From contig CBDAOI010000004.1 in the NCBI GenBank assembly GCA_965198005.1, positions 64,001 through 128,000 on the forward strand: a DNA stretch of 64,000 nt. The letters run 5' to 3'. This stretch comes from Spirochaetia bacterium (GTDB lineage: Bacteria; Spirochaetota; Spirochaetia; SZUA-6; Bin103). A program made the translations under genes and the position numbers. Below are positions 19,068 to 28,418 of the stretch, piece by piece. Position 1 is the first letter of the stretch. Every line of letters starts with the position of its first letter. The notes below the pieces were generated by a model that had not been told where the DNA came from, searched no databases, and saw nothing but the letters and a program-made list of their open reading frames with translations.

Positions 19068-22000
19068 TCACGCGCCGTTCCTGGCGAGGCGGCTGGAGAG
19101 GTCCTGCAGGAACAGGTTCACCTGCGGCTCGACGTCGCGCAGCGACCGGTTGGTGCGGAACTTCTTGTGATGGGCGGACTCGAAGTCGGTGTCCAGCATC
19201 TCGCGCAGGAGCGGCCTTCTGGTCCGGACCTCATGCTTCTGATACTGCATCGTCACGCCGTCAGCGCGGTAGTCGTCAAGGATCGCCCGCCACGAGTCGA
19301 GCAGGTCACCGATCCGGTTCTGAACGCTGCGCCGCCGCTCTTCGCGTTCGTCGTCGTCCTGCAGAGGCTGTTCGTTGATCCGGGCGCGGAAGACATCGAG
19401 CAACAGTCGTTCGAGCTCCACTCGCTCTGCCTCGATCGCCTCCACCCCGGCCGGCGGCGTCATCGCCGGGCGTGAGTGACGGGCAAGCGTCACCACTGCC
19501 CCCGCGAAGCCGCGATCCAGGGCGCGGGCCGCGAACGGCGTCACGCTGGCGACCTCGACCGAGCGGTAGAAGGTCTCGTGGTAGTGCCGGAAGCGTTCGT
19601 AATGCGACCGGTCACGCGGGCGGTGCACGTTGTAGAGCGTCACCACCAGTCCGGGGCGGCGATCATCGCGTCCGACCCGGCTGGTGGCCTGGATGTACTC
19701 CGCATTGGTCTTCGGCTGGCCGTAGACCAGCATCAGCCCGAGCCGCTGAATGTCCAGGCCCACCGAGATCATGTTGGTGGCGATGGCGCAGTCCACCCGC
19801 TGCTTGCGGTCGTGGAAGGTGGTTTGCAGCCGCCGCCGCGCCTCGGCCACGCGGTCGGTGCTCACCCGCGAGGTCAGCTCGACCACGTCGGAGAAGCTGG
19901 AGCGGTCGCGAAACAGACCCTGCGCCTCGCCGAGCCGCTTGCGGTCGCCGTAGCGCTTGAGCGTGTTCTGGACCTCTTCTTCCAGGATGCGCCGCGCGCC
20001 GCCGAGTTCGCGCAGGCTGTTGAAGTAGCCGAGCACGGTCATGTAGGGATCGGCCGGGTTGTCCGGATTCCGGGGACCGCCGGCGTCGCGCCACGCCCGC
20101 TCGGCCGCGCCCATGAGCGTCAGTACTACCCGGCGCATCGCCTCCTTCGGGTTGCGGCCCTGGGAGGCGATCCCTACGTACTCGCGCGCATTGCGCTCCG
20201 ATGCGGGCATGGTGCGGGCGAAGAACGAATCGCTGCGTGCCGGTCCCGGCGGCGGGAAGACGTGCGTCGCCGGTCGCCCGAACAGCCCCTGAATCTGTTC
20301 CCGCGCGCGGCGAACCGTGGCCGTGGAAGCGACGATCTTCGGCTTCACCTGCCGGCCGTCGATCTCCCGCACGCACAGCGCTTCGATCGCCGCCTCGTAG
20401 AGGCCGGCCATGGTCCCGAGCGGCCCGGAGATCAGGTGCAACTCGTCCTGGATGACGAGGTCCGGCGGCGGGAGCGGACGGCTCAGACGGTTGCCGCGGC
20501 GCGGTTCGGCCGCGCCGTAGAACCCGACGTCGTCATGGCGGTCGGCGCCGCCGAGGAGCGCGCCGGATTCGCCCACCCACGGCAGCGACGCGAACTTGTC
20601 CACGGTGGCGACCAGAAAGGCGGGCAGGCGCCGGTACAATGGCTCGTCCACGGCGACGATCGGCAACGGCGTGTCGCCAGAGAAGTCGCACTCCCAGTCG
20701 GCGCAGACGATACGCAGCTCGGTGGGATGGTCGGCGTCCGGCAGCAGCGTGAAGGAATTCGGGGTGAAATCCTCGCCACACCAGGGGCAGGCCTCCAGCG
20801 GAATGGGCGCCGGCTTGCCCTGCGGATTGTTCTTGTACTGGCTGACCTTGCTGCGCGCCGAGTCCGAACGGTTGTCGCCGCGTTCGCCGAGTCGGTTGGG
20901 CGTGCCCGCCTTGCCCACCCACAAGCCGATTTCGAACGGCCACCCGCCGTACCGGCCGGCGTCCTTGCGCCGCTCCAGCTCCAGTGCGCACACCAGGCCG
21001 GCGGCGCGTCCAAGCTGGTCCAGGGTCAGCAGCCGCAGGGTGTATCGCATGATGACGCTGACTCCGGCTCCAGCCCGGCCGCCGTCTTCCGGATTGCGCA
21101 GCCGCCGCAACACCATGGTAAACGCGGCGAGCCCGAGATACGCCTCGGTCTTGCCGCCGCCGGTCGGAAAGAACAGCAGGTCCACGAACTCACGTTCCGG
21201 ATTGGCGGGGTCGGCGAGACCGGGGAGGTTCAGCAACAGGAAGGCGAGCTGAAAGGCGCGCCAGCGTGGCGGCTCGGAACCCCTTTCGCGGGCCAGGCGC
21301 CGCGCCAGCGCCGCGGCAACGGCGCGGTTCGCGACGCGGAAGGCATCGAGTGCGTCCTGATCCTGAGCCAGCACGCGGATGCCCCGTTCGATGCGGCCGG
21401 CGGCGGACCGGGCATGGAACAGAAGCTCCTCGGCGGTGTCACGTGCCTCACCCGCCGGGTCGGTCAGCGCGGCGTGCTGCTGCTTGATCCAGGCCTGGTA
21501 ACCGGTAGCCAGCGGCGTCAACGCACGTTCCGCGGCGGCGCCGTCGGTCAAGTCGCCGAGCGCCGCCATGCCGAGTTCCACCCGCGGCATCTCGACGGTC
21601 TCCGTCTTCTCGACGTGGGCCGACGGAATCCACCTGGTGAGAATGAGGCGGCAGGCTGTGTCGGCCAGCTCCCAGTCCGCCGCAACCCCGTGGCCGGCCG
21701 CGTATTCGGGCGTATCGGCGTAGTGCAGATCGGCGACGCGCTCATCGGGATCGTCGCCGGTCCCTCCGCGCGGATCGGGCCGCGGGACGAACGGCGCTGG
21801 GCCGGTCACCTCCAACTGGGCCTGAAAGGCGAACGCCTCGTCGCGCACAGCCTCCGCTGACGGGGGCCGTTCGTTCACCAGGAACACCGACACGGAGCGC
21901 GTCCCCGGAGCGATCCGGCCCGCAAGGCTCTCAGCGTTCACAGGACGGGCGACCACGTGGAGGAGCAGCCCGCGCGAACCGGGGACGCGGTACTGGCGCG

Positions 22001-22556
22001 TATCGTTCGCAGCCGGAATCATCACCGGGACGGCCTCCTGATGGGGCACACGTTGCCACCAGGTCGACGCCGTACGGCTGTCCCCCGCGGCAGCCTCGTC
22101 GTCCGTGCTCTCCGTCCCGTCGCGCGACTCCCCGGTTTCGGCCGCGCCATCCGAGCCTTCGGCCTCCGAGGCTCCTTCCGTGACGGGGCGGTAGTCGCCC
22201 CAGCAGACCGTCAACTCGAGGTCGTCGACTTCCGCCGCAACCAGAAAGCTCAAGCCCATCGAAGACGGAAAGAAGCCCTTCTTGGCCGGTCGGCGGTCTT
22301 CCGTGGAATCATCGCCGAGACCGCCTTCACCCGCGACCTCCGGATCGAAGTCATCGTCCGCGTCGGCGTCCGCGCGCTGTTCCGCCGGCGCCCCTCGTGG
22401 GACCAGAAACCCCGTAAGGTACCAGTTGGACGGCCGCACCCACCCCGGCAGCCGCTCGTCCGCCAGTGGATGCCAAGCCCCGGGACCAACCAGGTCGAGC
22501 TCCAGCGCCTCCCGCAGCCGGAAGCGCACGCCAACCGGTCGGGTCACCTGCCCCAT
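19068..22556 (-). CDS. drmA: DISARM SF2 helicase DrmA
   Basis: LDLVGP...PSNWYLTGFL N-terminus, FPTGGGKT, QDELH, ATNMISVGLDI, QATSRVGR. Confidence 0.93.
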   Translation of the reverse strand: MGQVTRPVGVRFRLREALELDLVGPGAWHPLADERLPGWVRPSNWYLTGFLVPRGAPAEQRADADADDDFDPEVAGEGGLGDDSTEDRRPAKKGFFPSSMGLSFLVAAEVDDLELTVCWGDYRPVTEGASEAEGSDGAAETGESRDGTESTDDEAAAGDSRTASTWWQRVPHQEAVPVMIPAANDTRQYRVPGSRGLLLHVVARPVNAESLAGRIAPGTRSVSVFLVNERPPSAEAVRDEAFAFQAQLEVTGPAPFVPRPDPRGGTGDDPDERVADLHYADTPEYAAGHGVAADWELADTACRLILTRWIPSAHVEKTETVEMPRVELGMAALGDLTDGAAAERALTPLATGYQAWIKQQHAALTDPAGEARDTAEELLFHARSAAGRIERGIRVLAQDQDALDAFRVANRAVAAALARRLARERGSEPPRWRAFQLAFLLLNLPGLADPANPEREFVDLLFFPTGGGKTEAYLGLAAFTMVLRRLRNPEDGGRAGAGVSVIMRYTLRLLTLDQLGRAAGLVCALELERRKDAGRYGGWPFEIGLWVGKAGTPNRLGERGDNRSDSARSKVSQYKNNPQGKPAPIPLEACPWCGEDFTPNSFTLLPDADHPTELRIVCADWECDFSGDTPLPIVAVDEPLYRRLPAFLVATVDKFASLPWVGESGALLGGADRHDDVGFYGAAEPRRGNRLSRPLPPPDLVIQDELHLISGPLGTMAGLYEAAIEALCVREIDGRQVKPKIVASTATVRRAREQIQGLFGRPATHVFPPPGPARSDSFFARTMPASERNAREYVGIASQGRNPKEAMRRVVLTLMGAAERAWRDAGGPRNPDNPADPYMTVLGYFNSLRELGGARRILEEEVQNTLKRYGDRKRLGEAQGLFRDRSSFSDVVELTSRVSTDRVAEARRRLQTTFHDRKQRVDCAIATNMISVGLDIQRLGLMLVYGQPKTNAEYIQATSRVGRDDRRPGLVVTLYNVHRPRDRSHYERFRHYHETFYRSVEVASVTPFAARALDRGFAGAVVTLARHSRPAMTPPAGVEAIEAERVELERLLLDVFRARINEQPLQDDDEREERRRSVQNRIGDLLDSWRAILDDYRADGVTMQYQKHEVRTRRPLLREMLDTDFESAHHKKFRTNRSLRDVEPQVNLFLQDLSSRLARNGA

Positions 22557-22758
22557 GTCGACTCCTGCACCATCAGCGCGGTCGAAAATCCGCTCGCCTC
22601 ACCGCCAGGAGCGTGAATCGAGGCCGTGGCCAGAATGATGCGCGCCGGGCGCATCCCGGTGGACTCTTCGTAGAGCCGGCGCTTGCGCTCCGGATGGGTC
22701 TGAATCGTACGTCCGACGCTGTCGGCGATCTCGACGAGAACGTGCTGTCGATCATGGA

Positions 22759-23082
22759 TCACGACGTGGAACCGCTCGCCGGCGATGGTGCCCGATGGAG
22801 GGTTGAAGCCGGCCGAATGCCGTCGATGAGCTGATGTCTGTCCCTCGCGAGCTTGCGAAAGTCGCATTCCACCTGGAGTCCGTGCCAGAACTGATCCGAC
22901 TGACGGAAGAAGGCGCCGAAGCGAATAGACATGGCCGGCGTAATCGACCGCCGGCCATGTACGATCTCATTGATTGCACGAGGGGCAACGCCTAGCGCGC
23001 GACTCATTGCGTTCTGAGAGATCCCCATCGGCTTGAGGTATTCCTCAAGGAGAATCTCACCGGGTGTAATCGGAATGTTCAT
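22759..23082 (-). CDS. higA: HigA family antitoxin (HTH)
   Basis: [17 protein letters not shown]...[12 protein letters not shown]...FWHGLQ. Confidence 0.9.
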   Translation of the reverse strand: MNIPITPGEILLEEYLKPMGISQNAMSRALGVAPRAINEIVHGRRSITPAMSIRFGAFFRQSDQFWHGLQVECDFRKLARDRHQLIDGIRPASTLHRAPSPASGSTS

Positions 23083-23120
23083 CTATTTGACTCTCATACC
23101 AATACGCCATGTGACCATTG

Positions 23121-23168
23121 TCAATGGTAGTCGATCATGACCACTTGGTCGGGTCCGGAATCGGTCCA
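23121..23168 (-). pseudogene. HigB toxin C-terminal remnant
   Basis: Reads WTDSGPDQVVMIDYH* directly upstream of higA, matching the usual W...V.I.DYH end of HigB. Confidence 0.7.
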
Positions 23169-23917
23169 CTTCCAGCTCGGCTTGGAAGGCGAACGCCTCG
23201 TCGCGGGCGGCGTCGGCTGCGGGGGTCCGCCCGTTCACCAGGAACAGCGACACGGATCGCGTCCCCGGCGGAATCCGGCCCGCAAACGTCGTAGCGCTCA
23301 CTGGGCGGGCGACCACATGGAGGATCAGCCCTTGAGAGCCCGGCACCGGCTCCTGGTACGGATCGTCCGCTGGGGCAAGCGTCACCGGGACGCTTTCTTC
23401 ACAGGCCGCGCGTTGCCACCGCGTCGACGCTTTTTCCTCACTCTTCACAGCCGCCCCGTCGACCGCGCCCTCCGTCCCGCCGGACGACTCCCCGCTATCG
23501 GGCGCATCGTCGGTCCTTCCGTCGTCCCGGGATGCGTCCTCGACGTAGCGGTAGTGACCCCACCGGACGGTCACAGCCGGCCTGTCGACGCCCTTTGCGA
23601 CCAAAAAGCTCAGGCCCATCGACGACGGAAAGAAGCTCTTCTTGGCTGATCGGCGGTCTTCCGTAGAGTCATCGCCGAGACCGCCTTCAACCGCGACCTC
23701 CAGATCGAAGTCATCGTCCACGTCGGCATCCGCGCGCTGTTCCGCCGGCGCTCCACGTGGTACAAGCAAACCCGTGAGATACCAGTTGGACGGACGCATC
23801 CACCCCGGCATCCGTTCCGCCGCCAGCGGATGCCCGGCCCCGGGACCAATCAGGTCCAACTCAAGCGCCTCCCGCAGCCGGAACCGCACGTCAGCGGGTC
23901 GGGTCATCTGCCCCCAT
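23169..23917 (-). pseudogene. Truncated second copy of the drmA 5' region (about 250 codons)
   Basis: Colinear with DrmA residues 1 to about 250 (ELDLIGP, PSNWYLTG, FFPSSMGLSFLV, DEAFAFQAELEV). Extra G after the ATG; fused to the higB remnant. Confidence 0.88.
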
Positions 23918-23933
23918 GCCGACTCCGGCACTA

Positions 23934-24482
23934 TCAGCGCTGGCGAAAGTCGGCTCGCCTCACCGTGAGAAGCGTGAACAGCGCCTCGCGTGCTGCGTCC
24001 GAGGAGTCACGAAGCCGTGTTCGAGCAAGTCGAGCATTCCGACATGCCTCGAGGAGATGCCACTTGACGAACATGACCTCATGATCGTAGTCCGCCAAAT
24101 GCCGATGTTCCTGCATGTCGTTGAACAATCGAAGGCTCTCAACGAGTGCAACATCTTTGGCGACCACGTCAAGCAAAGGTCCGAGTTTCTCAAGCCGTCC
24201 CGGTAGTGGAGCGTCGGGGGCGTGCGTCAGAGTGATGGATCGCTCGACGACGTGCTCCGCAAGCTCCGAGATCTCTCCATGTGACCATGAGCGGCGAATC
24301 TCGTTCTGAATATCGCGAGCGCACGAGGCGACCAGATGATCTGCAGCGTGACTGGTAACGTCATGAAAAACGGCATAGTACGCCGTGCTGATGCCGCGCC
24401 TGATGGCCGCGTCCGTCAGACGCACCGGACGATTGTCCGCAATCTGCTCCGCATGGTCCATAAGGCCGTCGGGGTCAATCAT
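23934..24482 (-). CDS. HEPN-domain protein (UPF0332-like)
   Basis: RRGISTAYYAVFH and RHLADYD motifs. Confidence 0.75.
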   Translation of the reverse strand: MIDPDGLMDHAEQIADNRPVRLTDAAIRRGISTAYYAVFHDVTSHAADHLVASCARDIQNEIRRSWSHGEISELAEHVVERSITLTHAPDAPLPGRLEKLGPLLDVVAKDVALVESLRLFNDMQEHRHLADYDHEVMFVKWHLLEACRNARLARTRLRDSSDAAREALFTLLTVRRADFRQR

Positions 24483-24840
24483 GCACAGTCACCCTGGGGC
24501 GTCCGGCAACCGTGACCACGTAGACACCCCATTCATCGACCTTGGTGCCGACCAAGCGCCGCCGCAGGTCGTCGATCGCGCTTCCGGCTGCTTCATATGG
24601 ATAGTCACGTGTGTCTGAGTCGTTGTCGAGATCAAGCACTACCGCGAACACGAAGATCAAGCGATCCTTGCTGCCGTACCGGGTGGTCCATTCGGCGTCG
24701 TAAGCCGGAGAGTCCGCCGGCAGGTTCTCGACGAACTCCGTCCTGACCCGCTCGGCGTCCTGCTTCGCCGCGTCCAGCGCCGCCTGGAACTCGGCGGCAC
24801 TGAGCTCATCCTGCCACGGGTACACGCTCGGGTAGCTCAT
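24475..24840 (-). CDS. Small acidic hypothetical protein, paralog 1 (HEPN partner; possible divergent MNT)
   Basis: Overlaps the HEPN start; YGS-x12-DLD; two further paralogs upstream. Confidence 0.7.
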   Translation of the reverse strand: MSYPSVYPWQDELSAAEFQAALDAAKQDAERVRTEFVENLPADSPAYDAEWTTRYGSKDRLIFVFAVVLDLDNDSDTRDYPYEAAGSAIDDLRRRLVGTKVDEWGVYVVTVAGRPRVTVHD

Positions 24841-24847
24841 GGTCCTC

Positions 24848-24876
24848 AGCCTACCGGGCTATTGCCTCCCTCTCAA
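24848..24876 (-). promoter_or_regulatory. Sigma70-like promoter TTGAGA-17-TAGGCT, 7 nt before ATG (also at 25514-25542 and 26010-26039)
   Basis: Both hexamers conserved in all three paralog copies while the spacer sequence varies (17, 17, 18 nt). Confidence 0.6.
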
Positions 24877-24899
24877 GCTCGATGCCGACGGCTCCGACG

Positions 24900-25145
24900 G
24901 GTGTGCTGCCTCTCGCCGGTGCCGCTCACCGCTTCGCCCACGCTCGCGGTCGTGCCGAATCCGACCGTTCGTAATCCTGCGGCGAAGCCACCAGATGAAA
25001 TGATTCGCGGCGTGTCCGGTCAGGTCATGACAGACCGCTCAGTAGGCAGCGCTGCGCGATGCCTGAGAGCCCCGTCCGTCGGACGACCTCCGCCGGCGCC
25101 CGCAAGCTACTCCGCGTGCCCGAGGAGTCCGTCGGGGTCAATCAT
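24900..25145 (-). pseudogene. Degraded HEPN copy
   Basis: MIDPDGLLGHAE* versus intact MIDPDGLMDHAEQ. Later HDLTGHAANH versus HDVTSHAADH. Confidence 0.7.
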
Positions 25146-25506
25146 CGGATGACGATCGGGGGCGACCGGTCACGGTGACCACGAAGACGCCCCACTTACC
25201 AACCTTGGTGCCGGCAATTCGCCTGCGCAGGTCAGTGGTAGCGTTATCCGCCGCTTCGCCGGGGTAGTCACGTATATCGAAGTCGTCACCGTCGAGATCA
25301 AGCACCACCGAGAACACGAAGATCACTCGATCCTTGCTGCCGTACCGGGTGGTCCACTCGGCGTCGTAGGCGGGAGAGCCGGGCGGCAGGCTCTCGACGA
25401 ACTCCTTCCTGACCCGCTCGGCGTCCTGTTTCGCCGCGTCCAGCGCCGCCTGAAACTCGGCAGCACTGAGCTCATCCTGCCACGCATACACGCTCGGCCA
25501 GCCCAT
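25138..25506 (-). CDS. Small acidic hypothetical protein, paralog 2
   Basis: Highly similar to 24475-24840. Confidence 0.7.
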   Translation of the reverse strand: MGWPSVYAWQDELSAAEFQAALDAAKQDAERVRKEFVESLPPGSPAYDAEWTTRYGSKDRVIFVFSVVLDLDGDDFDIRDYPGEAADNATTDLRRRIAGTKVGKWGVFVVTVTGRPRSSSDD

Positions 25507-25516
25507 GATCCTCAGC

Positions 25517-26002
25517 CTACCGCGCTATGCCGTCCCTCTCAAGCTCAGATGGGCATGTGCGTTCTTGTTGGCAGCTCGTCCGTTCCTCGTCGTTCGCTCG
25601 ACGCTCCCCGAGCGTCCGCTCAGGCGAGACACTCAGTGCATCGGATGACTGTCTGGGGCGACCGGTTACGGTGACCACGAAGACACCCCGTTTAGCGACC
25701 TTGGTGCCGAGCAGGCGTTTGCGCAGGTCAGTGGTCGCGTTACGTGCCGCTTCGTAGGAATAGTCACGTATATCGAAGTCGTCACCGTCAAGATCGAGCA
25801 CCACCGAGAACTCGAAGATCAATCGATCCTTGCTGCCGTACCGGGTGGTCCACTCGGCGTCGTAGGCGGGAGAGCCGGGCGGCAGGCTCGCGACGAACTC
25901 CTTCCTGACCCGCACGGCATCCTGCTTCGCCGCGTCCAGCGCCGGCTGGAACTCCGTGGCACTGAGTTCATCCTGCCACGCATACACGCTCGGCCAGCCC
26001 AT
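25517..26002 (-). CDS. Small acidic hypothetical protein, paralog 3 (read-through tail)
   Basis: First 122 aa similar to the other paralogs, then an unrelated extension. Confidence 0.65.
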   Translation of the reverse strand: MGWPSVYAWQDELSATEFQPALDAAKQDAVRVRKEFVASLPPGSPAYDAEWTTRYGSKDRLIFEFSVVLDLDGDDFDIRDYSYEAARNATTDLRKRLLGTKVAKRGVFVVTVTGRPRQSSDALSVSPERTLGERRANDEERTSCQQERTCPSELERDGIAR

Positions 26003-26055
26003 GATCCTCAGCCTACGCAGGCCATCTCATCCCTCTCAAGCTCGATACTACGCTG

Positions 26056-26155
26056 CTCGTTCGCCAGCATATGCCTGGCTCCCGGACCTATCAGCTCGAG
26101 CGCACGCGCGTGCCGCAGCCGGTACCGTGTCATCGGGTTGGACCACCTGCTCCAT
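26056..26155 (-). pseudogene. Third, highly degraded drmA 5' end
   Basis: MEQVVQPD then (frameshift) RYRLRHARALELIGPGARHMLANE versus DrmA MGQVTRPVGVRFRLREALELDLVGPGAWHPLADE. Confidence 0.7.
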
Positions 26156-26176
26156 GTCATCTCCAGAAGCCATCCG

Positions 26177-26740
26177 CTACCGCAGCAGCGCGCTGACCGC
26201 ACGCCACAGCTTGTCGAAGGAGGCCGAACGCCGGCGCGCCAACGGCATGTCGAATCTGGCGGTAAAGGCAGCCTGATCTGCGGTCGGTCGGTAAGGCGTC
26301 TGCATATCATATGCCGGCCGAGCCACTCCTTGGCGCCGCGAATCGACTCCGGGTCGGGCGGTGCAACGAGGTCGCGGGCGAGTGTGCGGCTGCCCGCGAT
26401 GGATTCAACGGAAGCGAGAAGCCATGCTTCGTACTCGTACTTCGCCAAGACGGCTTCGATACGCCGATCCGGGCGTGCTCTGCGGGCGCGTGCAAGGAGA
26501 GCGGGACCGAGACGCGCAGGACACGCTCCGTTGGCGTCGAGCAGGATCAGGATACCGCCGCCGGCGCCAACGCGTTGCGCGGCGAGACCGACGTATCCTC
26601 GATCGAGGGACGCGGATGGGCTTCAGGACTGCCGGAGGACTGACCGGGGCGAGTTCCTGCACGATCCGCCGGAGCAGCACCGGTACCGCCTGGACTTCGC
26701 CGTTGCCTTCGACGACCGTCATGATGGCCGCCAAGATCAA
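26177..26740 (-). pseudogene. DUF4276 family protein with two frameshifts
   Basis: VVEGNGEVQAVPVLLRR / ILLDANGACP..EYEAWLLAS..PESIRGAKEWL / YRPTADQAAFT..RRSASFDKL lie in successive frames. Confidence 0.78.
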
Positions 26741-27963
26741 GCCTTACGGAACAGGTCGACCCGTTGTGATGCCGACACGTCGGAAGCCGGGTGAAGCTGG
26801 TCGATGCGAAGCAACTCGCCGGCGGTGAAGGTTCCGTCTTGCAGTACCGAGCTGCCTACATCGTCCAGCGGGCCGATCTTCGATTCCCCGTCGACGTACA
26901 CGACCGGTAAGATCGACTTTATGGGAACCGAGTCTCGATCCAGGAGATCGGCGCTATGGGTAGTGACGACGACCTGAGTGTATTCGCTCGCCTCCAGCAG
27001 CACGTCCATCAGTACGCCGGCGCTTTCGGGATGGAGTGCGACCTCCGGTTCCTCGATACCGACCACGTGAGTGTGGATCCCGGCCCCTGATTTCTGCAGG
27101 AGCGCGAGGAGAACGCCCAGAAAATGCAGCGTCCCGTCCGACATGCTGTCGCCAAAATACGTCACAAGGTGTGCCTCACCAGGCACCCGTTGGTGGAACC
27201 GTAGCACGTGTCTGTTGCCAACGCCGTGGGCGTCCACTCCTGCGATTTCGGGAACGACCGCTGCGAGATAGTCGGCAAGGCGTTGGACGCTGCCGGGACG
27301 CTGGGACTTCATGTTTGCCAGTACGCCGGCGGCGTTACTGCCGTCGGGCGCAAGCGCACAGTCGCCGGCCGGAGTCTGAAATCCTCCGAGGCTGCGCGGA
27401 TCAATATGGTAAAATGCCATACTCGACAGTGCATCGTATACCGGACGGAACTCCGGTACGCTCGAAGCGCGCACCAGATACAGCGATCCGCGGTCTACCA
27501 GCGGTGGATATGCGAGCGAGCTGGCAGTACAGCGACCGTTCTCGATCCGAAAAAACTGCTCCGCGCCGTCGCCGTTGGTCCTCACGTGGCACTCTTCGCG
27601 TCGCACGACGTAGCCGCCATCGTCGTGCGCCCCGATGTCGAATGCATACCAGCCGGGCGTGTCCGCCAGCCGAAAGTCAAGACGAATGCCGAAATAGTGT
27701 GGCTCCGGCACCCCTCGGTGGCAGACTTCCGCAATGCCGCCCCGCTCCCGCAAGGCGTGTTCCAGCGAGATGCCCAGCGCCTCGACCGTGAATCTCAGCG
27801 CGTCCAGAAAATTGCTCTTGCCCGCACCATTGCGGCCCACTACGATGGCCAATGGCCCCAGCGAGACATCGCACGCGGCAATGCTCTTGAAATTTCGCGA
27901 CGCCACATGCGTGATCAATCGGCGAGCAGCGACTGCGACGAGGGGGCGCTGTTCCACCATCAA
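26737..27963 (-). CDS. ABC-type (AAA_21) ATPase
   Basis: NFKSI, GRNGAGKSN, MSDGT, IEEPEVALHP, TTHS. Confidence 0.9.
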   Translation of the reverse strand: MMVEQRPLVAVAARRLITHVASRNFKSIAACDVSLGPLAIVVGRNGAGKSNFLDALRFTVEALGISLEHALRERGGIAEVCHRGVPEPHYFGIRLDFRLADTPGWYAFDIGAHDDGGYVVRREECHVRTNGDGAEQFFRIENGRCTASSLAYPPLVDRGSLYLVRASSVPEFRPVYDALSSMAFYHIDPRSLGGFQTPAGDCALAPDGSNAAGVLANMKSQRPGSVQRLADYLAAVVPEIAGVDAHGVGNRHVLRFHQRVPGEAHLVTYFGDSMSDGTLHFLGVLLALLQKSGAGIHTHVVGIEEPEVALHPESAGVLMDVLLEASEYTQVVVTTHSADLLDRDSVPIKSILPVVYVDGESKIGPLDDVGSSVLQDGTFTAGELLRIDQLHPASDVSASQRVDLFRKA

Positions 27964-28418
27964 GCTGTCTCCAGTGATGCTGTCACAGCGTCCGATCGTT
28001 CGTTCAACGCTCGGAACAGTCCACTCTCCGGTGCAACACGTGTATAGAACTGTGGCGGATGAAAGGAACGGGCTACGCGCCTTATGCTTCTTATCGGCAT
28101 CGGATCATCCAGCCTTCTCACTCCCTCTAGCAACAAGGCAGACACTTGAGGTCGATCGCCGACGTAGTGCTCGAATCCCACCCAGTCGATACACATTTGA
28201 CTGCGGAAGCGTCTCCATATCGCCACGGGACTATCATGGACTACCGACTTTACTTCTGCCATAGCGACGATTTCGCCTACTGGGCGTGTGACGTAGATCC
28301 AGATCGTCGTACCTGGCTCGATCCTGACGATCCTGTTTCGAAGCTCCACCGTCTTGGAACCACACAGCACCAGTTTGCCGTATGCAGGCTTGAGTGATAT
28401 GATCACCTGCTTCATCAC
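27960..28418 (-). CDS. ASCH domain protein
   Basis: IISLKPAY..LVLCGSKTVELR, IYVTRPVGEIV, PPQFY. Confidence 0.85.
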   Translation of the reverse strand: MMKQVIISLKPAYGKLVLCGSKTVELRNRIVRIEPGTTIWIYVTRPVGEIVAMAEVKSVVHDSPVAIWRRFRSQMCIDWVGFEHYVGDRPQVSALLLEGVRRLDDPMPIRSIRRVARSFHPPQFYTRVAPESGLFRALNERSDAVTASLETA

